Assembly (NCBI RefSeq): GCF_000010065.1
Contig: NC_006576.1
Span: forward strand, 2,580,001 to 2,612,000
DNA: 32,000 nt
Direction of reading: 5' to 3'
Source: Synechococcus elongatus PCC 6301
Lineage (GTDB): Bacteria > Cyanobacteriota > Cyanobacteriia > Synechococcales > Synechococcaceae
This document shows positions 1 through 8,693 of the stretch, piece after piece. The position numbers and the translations under genes were made by a program. Each line of letters starts with the position of its first letter. The first letter of the stretch is position 1. Under the pieces are notes generated by a model that did not search any database, was not told where the DNA came from, and saw only the letters and a program-made list of their open reading frames with translations.

Positions 1-1085
1 CCACCCGCAATCAAAATTGTTGGGCCTGGCACAGCCTGCAGCCCCACCCAAGCCGCATCGTAGTTCGTGGCTTTACTGTCGTTGATCAGCTCAATTCCCT
101 GCCAAGTCGCCACGCGTTCCAGGCGATGCGCAATCCCCGGAAAGTTGGCCATAGCTTCAGCGATCGCCTCAGCCTCAATCCCCGCTAGTCGAGCGGCGGC
201 GACTGCCATCAGCAAGTTTTGTTGGTTATGATTGCCGACCATGCTGAAGCGTTCGACAGGGAAGAGGCGATCACCGCGATCGATCACCCAGCCTTCTTCG
301 ATCCAAAAACCACGATCGCGACTCGTCGGTAGTGCCTCTGCACCTTGGGTGCTGGTCCAAAATGCTAGCGGCCAGCGGCTGGTGGCATTGGCTTGATTTC
401 GCAAATAGGGATCATCGCCATTCAACACCTGTTGCTGAGCGCGATCGAGCAAACTGGCCTTGATCGTGAAGTAGTTTTCGAGGGTGTAGTGACGGTTGAG
501 GTGATCGGGCGTAAAGGTTGTCCACAGGCCGATCGTTGCCGCCAGAGTCGCCGCCGCCTCAATTTGATAACTGCTGGCTTCTGCAATCACCCAGTCCAGC
601 GGCTTGGCCTCGCCCTGTTGCTGTTGGCGGGCAACTTCACAAGCAGCGAAGCCAATATTGCCGCAGGCGGGAGCTTGTAAGCCTGCCCGCTCAAAAATCG
701 CCGCAATGAGAGCCGTGGTTGTTGTCTTGCCGTTGGTGCCGGTCACTGCCACCCAGGGAATGTCGGAGAGCGTCCGCCAAGCCAGCTCCAGTTCGCCGAG
801 GGTTTCAATTTGCAGTTCCTCAGCCGCTTGCCGTAGACCGGGCAGATCCCAGGGGACTCCGGGGCTGACAACGATGCAGTTGGGGCGTTGTTCGGGCGTT
901 TGCCAGCCCCAAGCGACCGGGTCAAGGCTTTCACCTAGGCGGAATTGCACGCCCTGACTCACGAGCTCAGGGGGAGCAGCTACGGCGTTGCGATCGCTCA
1001 GTTCTACTTGCCAGCCCTGCTGCCGCAGCAGCAATGCCGCCGCACAACCCGACTTCCCGAGACCGATCACATGGGCATGCTGCAT
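1..1085 (-). CDS. murD: UDP-N-acetylmuramoylalanine--D-glutamate ligase (MurD), C-terminal end cut by window edge
   Basis: Absent from the ORF track because it runs off the window. Minus-strand translation from the ATG (complement of 1083-1085) gives MQHAHVIGLGKSGCAAALLLRQQGW. It continues to the Mur-ligase P-loop VAVTGTNGKTTTT (Lys codon 726-728, in frame with 1085) and ends ...AVPGPTILIAGG at position 1. Confidence 0.9.
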   Translation of the reverse strand, partial: MQHAHVIGLGKSGCAAALLLRQQGWQVELSDRNAVAAPPELVSQGVQFRLGESLDPVAWGWQTPEQRPNCIVVSPGVPWDLPGLRQAAEELQIETLGELELAWRTLSDIPWVAVTGTNGKTTTTALIAAIFERAGLQAPACGNIGFAACEVARQQQQGEAKPLDWVIAEASSYQIEAAATLAATIGLWTTFTPDHLNRHYTLENYFTIKASLLDRAQQQVLNGDDPYLRNQANATSRWPLAFWTSTQGAEALPTSRDRGFWIEEGWVIDRGDRLFPVERFSMVGNHNQQNLLMAVAAARLAGIEAEAIAEAMANFPGIAHRLERVATWQGIELINDSKATNYDAAWVGLQAVPGPTILIAG

Positions 1086-1190
1086 GGCCAATGGCACTCA
1101 AACGATTTCTGATCGTACCGCCACTGTTGCGATCGCTCGCCTAGGCTAGTAGAAGCAGCTCATCTGCTGCGATCGCATGCGAGAACGGTC

Positions 1191-1895
1191 ATGTTGGGGA
1201 GAAAGCTGATTGCCCTTGGCGGCCTGATCTGGGTCCTAGGATCAGCCCTGCCGGCGATCGCGGAATGGACGCCAGCTGCCAAGAGCACGGTAGAAAGCAA
1301 GCTTGTTCTGCTCTGGCGATCGGTCTTCCGCAAGCTCGATCGCGAGTTCAAAGTTCCTGCTTTTGTGGACGCCAGCGGCAACTGGGTTACCCAAAAAGAA
1401 GCACGCCGCTATTCCCCCTGCGGGGATGTTTTTTTGGCGCATTACTGCGTGCGGGATGGCAACATCTACTTCAATGAAAGCGAGCTGAGTGGCATCGCCC
1501 TAGAGCTGGGTGACAGTGCGGCCTTTTTGGCCTTGATTCACGAGTATGGCCACGCCATTCAACACCGGTTGGGCTTGCTCAGAGCCGATCGCCCGCTCAA
1601 AGAAATTGAGCTGGAAGCCGACTGCTTTGCGGGCGTGCAGATGGCCTACCTCAACGACCTCGATCTATTGGAGCCCAATGATCTCGATGAAGTTGTGAGC
1701 GCCTACGGACTCTACGGCGACTACGACATCACCTCCAGCAGCCACCACGGTACGCCTGAGGAACGAATCCAGTGGTTTTTCAAGGGCTTTCAAAAAGGCA
1801 TGGCCGCTTGTCTTCTGCCAGCCAAACAACCGCAGAAGCCCCCCGAAAAAACCGCCAGCCACAGCAATTGCAGTTCTCGGGTCACGGTTTTGTAG
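1191..1895 (+). CDS. YpfJ-type neutral zinc metallopeptidase with N-terminal signal/anchor
   Basis: ATG start. Hydrophobic N-terminus LIALGGLIWVLGSALPAIA. HExxH motif in LALIHEYGHAIQH, followed by ELEADCFAG, as in the YpfJ/Zn_peptidase family. Confidence 0.75.
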   Translation: MLGRKLIALGGLIWVLGSALPAIAEWTPAAKSTVESKLVLLWRSVFRKLDREFKVPAFVDASGNWVTQKEARRYSPCGDVFLAHYCVRDGNIYFNESELSGIALELGDSAAFLALIHEYGHAIQHRLGLLRADRPLKEIELEADCFAGVQMAYLNDLDLLEPNDLDEVVSAYGLYGDYDITSSSHHGTPEERIQWFFKGFQKGMAACLLPAKQPQKPPEKTASHSNCSSRVTVL

Positions 1896-1945
1896 GATGA
1901 TCGCCTGTCACTCGGCAGCAGCAACGGGTTCTTAACAGTCGCGAC

Positions 1946-3061
1946 CTAGAGAAAGCGATTCAGTTCAGGAACGGTTTGCCATTCACCGCTGCGCTGTGAC
2001 TGCCAGCAGAGATCAATCAGCAACTGCGAGTACAGGCCTTCCTTGAGACTCGGCGCCGTCATCTGACCGTGGCGCAGATCGGCAAGCCAGTGATCGACGA
2101 CCCGCAGGAAGGGGGCCAAACGACCATCGGCAAACTCCTGACGGAATGCCAAGCGCTGAGGAACGGTTAGCTCCTGAAGGGCTTGGCCTGCTGATGCGAA
2201 CCAGACCTGAAAGCCGTGGACGTAGTCCTTTTGATTGCTGCTGCCGAGAATCAGCGTGCCGCGATCGCCATAGACCTCCAGCCAGTGCCCGCGCCCTTGA
2301 CGAAAGACAGAGCTAAGGCTGATCTGACAGGGCACACCCTCCGCCAATTCCAGTTGAATCAGATCGGTGTCATCGGAGTCGACGGGCTTCAGTTCACCTG
2401 TGGTCGCATCAGGACGTTCTTGAATGGCGGTAAACAAGCGAGCTTGCAGTCGCCGGGCCGGGCCAAACAGCCAAGCCAAATAGTCAAAACTATGACTACC
2501 CAAGGCACCCAGTGCGCCACCCCCCTGCGATCGCAGGGCGTACCAATTCCAAGGGCGACTGGCATCGGCACGACTCGACATCAACCAATCGAGTTTGACT
2601 AGCCATGGCTGCCCGATCACGCCTTCAGCCAGCAACTCAGCGACGTACTGCCAAGCTGGGACGAAGCGATATTCAAAGTCGAGGGTGACAGTTAAGCCCT
2701 GACTACTCGCTAGCTTCCACAGCGCCCGCGCTTCCTCAACATTGAGGGTTGTCGGTTTTTCCAGCAGCACCGATTTGCCCGCCGAGAGAGCCGCCCAAGC
2801 CATGGGGTAGTGCAGAAAGGGCGGACTGGCGATCGTAACGGCTTCGATCGCGGGATCAGCAAGAAGCTGATCGAGATCGCTGTAGGCATTGGGAATGCCG
2901 AATTGCACCGCGATCGCCGCAGCGCGATCGGGCTGACGATGGTAGACCGCTTGCACCGTCGTCTCGGAATGGTGCTGTAGGGCGGGAATATGAACTTTTG
3001 AGCCAAACCCCGTCCCCAGCACCGCAACTCGCAGCGGCTGACTGGCATCAAAGTGGCGCAT
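1946..3061 (-). CDS. Gfo/Idh/MocA-family NAD(P)-dependent oxidoreductase
   Basis: N-terminal Rossmann motif RVAVLGTGFGSKVHIPAL, and EKP in LLEKPTTL. The ORF track starts at TTG 3079. The ATG at 3059-3061 (MRHFDASQPLRVAVLG) is more plausible. Confidence 0.85.
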   Translation of the reverse strand: MRHFDASQPLRVAVLGTGFGSKVHIPALQHHSETTVQAVYHRQPDRAAAIAVQFGIPNAYSDLDQLLADPAIEAVTIASPPFLHYPMAWAALSAGKSVLLEKPTTLNVEEARALWKLASSQGLTVTLDFEYRFVPAWQYVAELLAEGVIGQPWLVKLDWLMSSRADASRPWNWYALRSQGGGALGALGSHSFDYLAWLFGPARRLQARLFTAIQERPDATTGELKPVDSDDTDLIQLELAEGVPCQISLSSVFRQGRGHWLEVYGDRGTLILGSSNQKDYVHGFQVWFASAGQALQELTVPQRLAFRQEFADGRLAPFLRVVDHWLADLRHGQMTAPSLKEGLYSQLLIDLCWQSQRSGEWQTVPELNRFL

Positions 3062-3065
3062 AGGG

Positions 3066-3260
3066 CTAGTCGATCGCAATGGGGGTGGGGCGGTTCAGTT
3101 GGGCATTGGATGCGCCTGCCGACTGGCGTTCCGCCAGCCACGATCGCCAGGGTTCTTGCTGAGGCGACTGCTGTAGAACAGCGCTGAGGAGTCCCGCGCC
3201 AAAGGCGATCGGATCTTTCTGAACCCGTTGCCACAGTGGCGTCAACTCATCGAGGGGCAT
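3066..3260 (-). CDS. Small hypothetical protein (64 aa), doubtful
   Basis: ATG start. Its TAG stop lies 4 nt upstream of the oxidoreductase ATG (3061), an operon-like arrangement. No recognisable motif and no Shine-Dalgarno sequence. Confidence 0.3.
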   Translation of the reverse strand: MPLDELTPLWQRVQKDPIAFGAGLLSAVLQQSPQQEPWRSWLAERQSAGASNAQLNRPTPIAID

Positions 3261-3265
3261 GCGTT

Positions 3266-3294
3266 TTGATCCAGCAGCGTTCTTGGCGTATGGT
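3266..3294 (+). promoter_or_regulatory. Candidate sigma70-type promoter TTGATC-N17-TATGGT
   Basis: -35 TTGATC at 3266-3271, exact 17-nt spacer, -10 TATGGT at 3289-3294. It lies upstream of the GTG at 3383. Confidence 0.4.
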
Positions 3295-3382
3295 ATCGCG
3301 GCGTTGCCAAAGTCTTCACCGTAAGAGATGGGGTCAAGGGAGCGCTAGGCTGGGGAAGTTTGCTTCACATGTCTGTGCGATC

Positions 3383-3649
3383 GTGACTCTCTCCCGTGAA
3401 CATGCCTGGCAGTTGCTCCAAGACCTCTTGTTTTATGGGGAGTCGGCAGAGACTTGGGTGCAGGATGTTTGGACCCAGAACGAAGGTTTAGGGGAAAGTG
3501 CGGCAGCCTTGATTGAAATTACCCAGCGGCTTTGGGAGCAAGTACCGGAATCTCAGCTGCGATCGCTGCTGCGAGAGTTGGCCGCCAGCCATCCCGATCG
3601 CATTGCAGAACTCGAGAGTGCCAGTGATTGGCAAGCGATCGCGGACTGA
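3383..3649 (+). CDS. Hypothetical acidic helical protein (about 88 aa from GTG 3383; ORF open from 3236)
   Basis: The first 147 nt of ORF 3236..3649 overlap the antisense small ORF and contain the candidate promoter. The first in-frame start after that promoter is GTG 3383 (VTLSREHAWQLLQDLLFYG...). No known motif. Confidence 0.45.
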   Translation: MTLSREHAWQLLQDLLFYGESAETWVQDVWTQNEGLGESAAALIEITQRLWEQVPESQLRSLLRELAASHPDRIAELESASDWQAIAD

Positions 3650-3802
3650 ACTTCAGGAATCTCAGTGGCGCGCTAGGAATCCTTGATCCTGTGAGCTGAA
3701 TGCTTCGATCAGCGCGATCGCGCCTGAGTCGCAGCAGCCTTGAAGACGGAGAGCGTCCATCGGTGACGCAGAATAAAGGGTGATTCGGCCCCCTTCCCGC
3801 CC

Positions 3803-5239
3803 ATGACCCTCAGCCTTTACAACACGCTCACCCGCCAGAAGCAACGCTTCGAACCGCTGCAAGCCGGCAGTGTGAGTCTCTATTGCTGTGGCGTCACGGT
3901 TTACGACTACTGCCATTTAGGCCATGCCCGTTCTTACATTGTCTGGGATACGCTCCGGCGCTATCTGCTCTGGCTGGGCTATCGGGTTCGCTATGTCCAA
4001 AATTTCACGGACATTGACGACAAGATCCTGCGGCGATCGCGACAAGAAGGCACGACTATGCAAGCGATCGCCGATCGCTACACGCAGGCTTATTTTGAGG
4101 ACATGGCGCGGCTCAACATTCTGGAAGCCGACGACTATCCCCGCGCCACCCACACGCTCGATGGCATTCAACGGCTGATTGCGGAATTGGAAGACAAAGG
4201 CTTTGCCTACGCCGCTGATGGCGATGTCTACTTTTCGGTACGCCGCTTTCAGGACTACGGCAAGCTCTCGGGTCGCAAGCTGGAGGATCTCAAAGCAGGG
4301 GCCAGCGGACGGGTAGAGTCCGCGGAAGAATCGCTGAAACACGATCCCTTTGACTTTGCCCTCTGGAAAGCGGCCAAACCCGAGGAACCAGCGTGGGATT
4401 CACCTTGGGGGCCGGGTCGTCCGGGCTGGCATATTGAATGCTCGGCCATGGTGCGCGATCGCCTTGGGGACAGCATTGATATCCACGTCGGCGGTGCTGA
4501 TCTCGTGTTTCCGCACCATGAAAACGAGATAGCCCAATCGGAAGCCGTCACCGGCCACCCCCTCGCCCGCTACTGGCTTCACAACGGCATGGTCAATGTT
4601 GGCGGCGAAAAAATGTCCAAGTCGCTGGGCAACTTCACCACGATCCGCCAGCTGCTGGATGAAGGCGGTATTTCACCGATGGTGTTACGGCTGTTCGTAC
4701 TGCAGGCAAACTATCGCAAGCCGATCGATTTCACCGACGAAGCTTTGCAAGCCTGCCAAAACGGCTGGGAGACGCTGCAAGAAGGTCTGCATTTTGGCGA
4801 GCACTGGGGCGATCGCCTCGGTTGGACAGAATCCGTCACGGTTGATCCGGACCTGAGCGATCGCTTCCGCATGGCGATGGATGATGACCTCAATACGCCT
4901 GCTGCCCTCGCTGTCCTGTTCGAGCTGGCCAAGGAATTGCGCCGCCAGCAAAACCTCCTGATCCACGAAGGTCACTTGGACGGGGATGCCCAGCAACTCC
5001 ATCAGCATTGGGTGACCTTAGTACAGCTCGCCGGTGTGCTGGGCCTAGAAGCTGAGCCCGAGCTGGCTGAAACCAACGAACTCGATGAAGCCGCGATCGA
5101 AGACTGGATTGCCAAGCGTCATGCAGCTCGTCAAGCCAAAGATTTTGCGGAAGCGGATCGGATTCGCCACTATCTCGCGGATTTGGGTATCACCTTGATC
5201 GATCAGGCCGGTGGCATCACTCGTTGGTCGCGAACTTAG
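3803..5239 (+). CDS. cysS: Cysteine--tRNA ligase
   Basis: Class I tRNA-synthetase motifs: HIGH-type CHLGHARSY and KMSKS in GGEKMSKSLGN. Also WHIECSAM. Length 478 aa. Confidence 0.97.
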   Translation: MTLSLYNTLTRQKQRFEPLQAGSVSLYCCGVTVYDYCHLGHARSYIVWDTLRRYLLWLGYRVRYVQNFTDIDDKILRRSRQEGTTMQAIADRYTQAYFEDMARLNILEADDYPRATHTLDGIQRLIAELEDKGFAYAADGDVYFSVRRFQDYGKLSGRKLEDLKAGASGRVESAEESLKHDPFDFALWKAAKPEEPAWDSPWGPGRPGWHIECSAMVRDRLGDSIDIHVGGADLVFPHHENEIAQSEAVTGHPLARYWLHNGMVNVGGEKMSKSLGNFTTIRQLLDEGGISPMVLRLFVLQANYRKPIDFTDEALQACQNGWETLQEGLHFGEHWGDRLGWTESVTVDPDLSDRFRMAMDDDLNTPAALAVLFELAKELRRQQNLLIHEGHLDGDAQQLHQHWVTLVQLAGVLGLEAEPELAETNELDEAAIEDWIAKRHAARQAKDFAEADRIRHYLADLGITLIDQAGGITRWSRT

Positions 5240-5265
5240 CTCGCTGGGAATTCCCATTCAGTAAA

Positions 5266-5292
5266 CATCCCCAGATCAAAAGTCTGGGGATG
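5266..5292. terminator. Perfect 10-bp hairpin between convergent cysS and the secreted-protein gene
   Basis: CATCCCCAGA (5266-5275), loop TCAAAAG, TCTGGGGATG (5283-5292). No clear U-tract on either strand. Confidence 0.5.
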
Positions 5293-5327
5293 CCAAGGTT
5301 CAGTCGATTAGATCAACTAATGCCGAC

Positions 5328-5891
5328 CTATTCCTGAATGGGCGGCATCAGCGCTTCTGGTAGATCAGGCCCCCCCACGCCGGTCAACGCATTGCGGAAT
5401 TGAATGGTTGACGTGTTGGGCACATTTTCTGGCGTCAGGGTAAACAGAACACTCCGAACATTGATTGGCCCAGCGGCAACAACGCCAGCACTGTTGACTA
5501 AGCCCGGTCGAGCCATTTCTGCAATCGCTTGCATCCCTGCGTAGTCCTGAACTCGCATTGCCAGACCGAGGTTCGTGAGGCGGGCACTCACGCTCAAACA
5601 TCGAGAAGAGGCTTGATAGGAACCACCGGGATAGGCAGAGTCAAGATTTTGGCTCCAGGCAATCACAGGTGTGGAGTTCTCACCGGGTTGGTAAGCCGGA
5701 ATGGAGACGTTGTAGGCCTGAACGTCGCCGGAGAGTAAATCAGGTCGTGGCTCTAAAACAGTGACATAGTTGGCACCGTTGACTTGTTTGCAAGTAAAGC
5801 CATAGCGGTTACTTTCGGCTTGTGCTGTTGGGGCGATCGCCGTCAGGGCGACTGCTGTAACCGCGAGCGACAAAGCGGTGGCTTTGATCAT
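5328..5891 (-). CDS. Secreted protein, tentatively COP23-like
   Basis: ATG 5891 is preceded by GGAG 8 nt upstream; the track start 5921 is TTG. Signal peptide MIKATALSLAVTAVALTAIAPTAQA. The pattern F-x-C ... VIAW ... RC-x-x-VSARL ... LFTL recalls the cyanobacterial COP23 family. This is from memory and unverified. Confidence 0.6.
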   Translation of the reverse strand: MIKATALSLAVTAVALTAIAPTAQAESNRYGFTCKQVNGANYVTVLEPRPDLLSGDVQAYNVSIPAYQPGENSTPVIAWSQNLDSAYPGGSYQASSRCLSVSARLTNLGLAMRVQDYAGMQAIAEMARPGLVNSAGVVAAGPINVRSVLFTLTPENVPNTSTIQFRNALTGVGGPDLPEALMPPIQE

Positions 5892-6085
5892 GGAAGTTCT
5901 CCGGTCGAGGAAGGAAAGCAAACTTAGATGAAACAGGTCACCTAAGAACGAACTGACCCTACAATCCGTTGTTCATGTCTCTGCAACTGGAAAATATCAG
6001 GCTGTCTTTATTTAGTCGCCAGAGATATTAAGAAGTAAATCGAGTCACGATATAGAGCATCGTCAGCTAATAGCTAACTCCTGAA

Positions 6086-6967
6086 CTATGCTTCAGGCTG
6101 AGGAGGTGTTGAGGCTGATAGGTCCTGACCACACTGGTGGCAAAAACGAGCATCAGGACAAGCGATCGCCGTGCCACATTGACTACAACTTGGTTGCTTT
6201 TGTGTCTCTAGTTGCGCCAGATCGTAGGCAACAAAGCCGCTGGGAACTGCAATGATTCCGTAGCCCAGCAACATAATGCCGGAGGCAAGCAGCCGACCCA
6301 AGGGTGTTTGAGGCGTCAGGTCGCCGTAGCCAACTGTCGTCATTGTGACAATCGTCCAATAGAGCGTTTTGGGGATGCTGTCGAAGCCATTATCACTACC
6401 CTCAATCGAAAAGATTAGGCTGGCAATAATTAATTGCAGAATAAAAACACCGCAGAGAAAAACAGTGATCCGTCGTACACTGCTGCGGAGCGATCGCCAA
6501 AGTTGATTGGCCTCTTCTGCAAACCGGAAAAGTTTCAGGACTCGAAAGATTCTTAAAAGCTGCAGCGATCGCAGAATCAAGAGTGAGTTAAAGCCGGGCA
6601 GCAGAGCTGAAAAATAGGTTGGCAAGATCGTGATTAAATCAACCAAGCCAAAGAAGCTGAGGGCGTAGCGCCGCACCTTCGTTGCAGCTAGTAATCGTAA
6701 GCAATAGTCAAGACTAAAAATGATCGTAAAGCCCCACTCCAGCCCATTGAAGACCTCGCCGTACGCTTGCCGCCAGCTTTGAACGCTACCTAAAACCACC
6801 GTCAGGACACTGGCGATCGTGCAGAGGTAAATCAACAGGTTGAAAGCTCGACCTTGAGGCGATCGCGTTTCGATAACCATCTGGTAGAGCTGCGATCGCC
6901 AGTTATCCAACACGACCATCCTTAAGGGGGGAGCGCTTTTAAGAATAGAAGGCGATCGCATTTCCAC
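6086..6967 (-). CDS. Voltage-sensor-type (6-TM) K+ channel with C-terminal zinc-ribbon tail
   Basis: Selectivity filter TTVGYGD. S4-like segment LRSLQLLRIFRVLKLFRF with a basic residue every third position. C-terminal CSQC-x5-C-x5-CHQC at 6131-6187. Start is GTG 6967 or ATG 6961. Confidence 0.9.
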   Translation of the reverse strand: MEMRSPSILKSAPPLRMVVLDNWRSQLYQMVIETRSPQGRAFNLLIYLCTIASVLTVVLGSVQSWRQAYGEVFNGLEWGFTIIFSLDYCLRLLAATKVRRYALSFFGLVDLITILPTYFSALLPGFNSLLILRSLQLLRIFRVLKLFRFAEEANQLWRSLRSSVRRITVFLCGVFILQLIIASLIFSIEGSDNGFDSIPKTLYWTIVTMTTVGYGDLTPQTPLGRLLASGIMLLGYGIIAVPSGFVAYDLAQLETQKQPSCSQCGTAIACPDARFCHQCGQDLSASTPPQPEA

Positions 6968-7018
6968 CTTGTTATGCCCTGGCGCTGAACCACTAGCGTT
7001 CGGGTTTAGTCGCTAGCG

Positions 7019-7666
7019 CTAGCGGGTTTCCAGCAGCTCTGTCGCGGGATAGCGCACCTTAGCCAAATCCGCGTAGCCATCGCTGGCCGACCGATAGCCC
7101 GCTACAGCAGCTACGACCGTCTGATAGCCACTGTCTTTGACCTGCAGGATTTCGTCGTAGGCCGTTGGGATGATTCCCTCCAGCGGGCAAGTATCAACGC
7201 CCAGCAAGGCAGCAGCCGTCAGGAAATTCCCGAGCGCAATGTAAGCCTGATTCGCGGCCCAGTACTGAATCACGGCTTGGCGCGGGCCTTGAACCAGATC
7301 GCCGATCATCATTTGCCGATAGCCAGCCAGCTTCTCAGCCGCGACCGATCGCGTCGTTGCCGTCAGTTCAATCAGGCGATCGACTTCGGCTTCCGTCAGT
7401 GAAGTACGCGCCAGAAAAACAATTAGGTGCGATGCATCGGTGACTTGACCCTGATTAAAGGACTGCTCCCGCAGTTGCGATCGCAGCTCAGGAGACTCCA
7501 CTTGGATAATTTTCCAAGGTTGCAGCCCATAAGAAGAGGGTGTCAGTATAAGCGCTTGCTGAAGAACTTCCCAAGTTTCAGCAGGAATTTTGCGATCGGG
7601 ATCAAAAGCTTTGACGGCGTAGCGCCAATTCAAGGCATCGAGCAACGTGTTAGCAACAGTCGACAT
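7019..7666 (-). CDS. NAD(P)H nitroreductase family protein
   Basis: N-terminus LLDALNWRYAVKAFD, with PSSYGLQPW and NQAYIALGNF typical of the nitroreductase fold. ATG 7666 is preferred over the track's TTG 7681. Confidence 0.85.
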   Translation of the reverse strand: MSTVANTLLDALNWRYAVKAFDPDRKIPAETWEVLQQALILTPSSYGLQPWKIIQVESPELRSQLREQSFNQGQVTDASHLIVFLARTSLTEAEVDRLIELTATTRSVAAEKLAGYRQMMIGDLVQGPRQAVIQYWAANQAYIALGNFLTAAALLGVDTCPLEGIIPTAYDEILQVKDSGYQTVVAAVAGYRSASDGYADLAKVRYPATELLETR

Positions 7667-7803
7667 GAGCGAGCACAGCAAAATAGAACCGTTCTCACCC
7701 TACCGGAGCCAGAATCAACAATCTCGCAACCTGCGATACTGCCTTTCCGCCACTTTCCTCTAGGGTGAGTAAAGAAAGTTTACGGATTTTAGGGGGTGTG
7801 AGC

Positions 7804-8262
7804 ATGGTGACGAGTGCGATCGTGGCCTATCTGCATTACTTGGGCTTCATGCTCAGCTTTGGGGCACTCGTGCTGGAGCGGCGCCTGCTGAAGGCAGAAC
7901 CCAGCATCAACGAGGCCAAGCTGATGATTGGCACCGATATTGTCTACGGGTTGGCAGCGCTGACGATTTTGGTGACTGGCGTCCTGCGCGTTCTCTACTT
8001 TGGGCAGGGTGTCAGCTTCTACATGCACAACCCCGTCTTCCTCACTAAAGTCAGCCTCTACCTTGCGATCGGCGGCCTGTCGCTCTATCCCACGATCAGC
8101 TTTATTCGCTGGGCTTTTCCCCTGCGTGATGGCAAGGCACCCGTGATCAGCGAAGCTGCTGCTAAACGCTTGGGCTGGGTGCTGAATATTGAAATCGCTG
8201 CTTTCGTGATTCTGCCGCTGCTGGCGGCTTTGATGGCCCGCGGAATCGGTCTGCAAGCTTAA
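7804..8262 (+). CDS. Polytopic membrane protein (about 4 TM), function unknown
   Basis: Hydrophobic segments run throughout. ATG 7804 is preceded by a GGGGG run; the track start is GTG 7765. A strong terminator follows. Confidence 0.7.
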   Translation: MVTSAIVAYLHYLGFMLSFGALVLERRLLKAEPSINEAKLMIGTDIVYGLAALTILVTGVLRVLYFGQGVSFYMHNPVFLTKVSLYLAIGGLSLYPTISFIRWAFPLRDGKAPVISEAAAKRLGWVLNIEIAAFVILPLLAALMARGIGLQA

Positions 8263-8343
8263 GCCCCTTGTTTCCTGTCTGGGAACTATCTCACTTGGAG
8301 ATAAGACTGCTAGACAACGCTGAATAACGCAAAAGCTGACTGA

Positions 8344-8375
8344 AGCGCCTCTTGATCGCTCAAGGGGCGCTTTTG
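8344..8375. terminator. Bidirectional intrinsic terminator between convergent genes
   Basis: 12-bp stem AGCGCCTCTTGA (8344-8355) / TCAAGGGGCGCT (8360-8371) with one G-U pair and loop TCGC. TTTT follows on the plus strand. The stop codon of the minus-strand 73-aa ORF abuts it at 8376. Confidence 0.8.
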
Positions 8376-8597
8376 CTAATTCTGGGGATTGCTGTACTGG
8401 TTTGTATATTGATCGATCGCCCGCTGACGCTGCTCGGTGACCCGATTCATCTCCATGTTGACGGTGTCAATCGTATCGAGGCCTTGTTGGGTGGTTTCAG
8501 CCGGCATCATCGCCATCTTGTAGTAGACACTGCCCAGCCAAACAGCGATCGCTGCGATCGCGCCCCAAAAGATGAGATTGATCAGGGTTTTAGACAT
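8376..8597 (-). CDS. Small single-pass membrane protein (73 aa)
   Basis: ATG start. One TM helix LINLIFWGAIAAIAVWLGSVYY, then a polar Q/T/N-rich tail. Mostly G/C-ending codons and in-frame HIP1, as in neighbouring genes. Confidence 0.6.
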   Translation of the reverse strand: MSKTLINLIFWGAIAAIAVWLGSVYYKMAMMPAETTQQGLDTIDTVNMEMNRVTEQRQRAIDQYTNQYSNPQN

Positions 8598-8693
8598 GGC
8601 AGCTACAAAGTTCTTGCTTGGATTATGCCTTGCGATCGCTTGCTCAGTAGTCTGACCTGCTCTCGATGCAGCAGTGTGACACCAGCAAGCTGA

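Noticed and set aside
393-957. Three plus-strand ORFs (95, 63 and 117 aa)
   Set aside because: They lie antisense to the well-supported murD frame. Their Arg/Ser/Pro/Cys-rich composition is typical of the wrong frame in GC-rich DNA.
2710-3234. 174-aa minus-strand ORF
   Set aside because: It is an alternative frame overlapping the oxidoreductase N-terminus and the small ORF. Composition is low-complexity Arg/Cys/Pro and no motif is present.
3236-3382. N-terminal extension of ORF 3236..3649
   Set aside because: It overlaps the antisense 64-aa ORF and contains the TTGATC-N17-TATGGT promoter candidate. Translation more likely starts at GTG 3383.
8352-8693. 113-aa plus-strand ORF antisense to the 73-aa membrane-protein ORF
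   Set aside because: Its TTG start lies inside the terminator hairpin. It has a His/Arg/Cys-rich tail, and the opposite-strand ORF has better codon usage and a clean TM helix.
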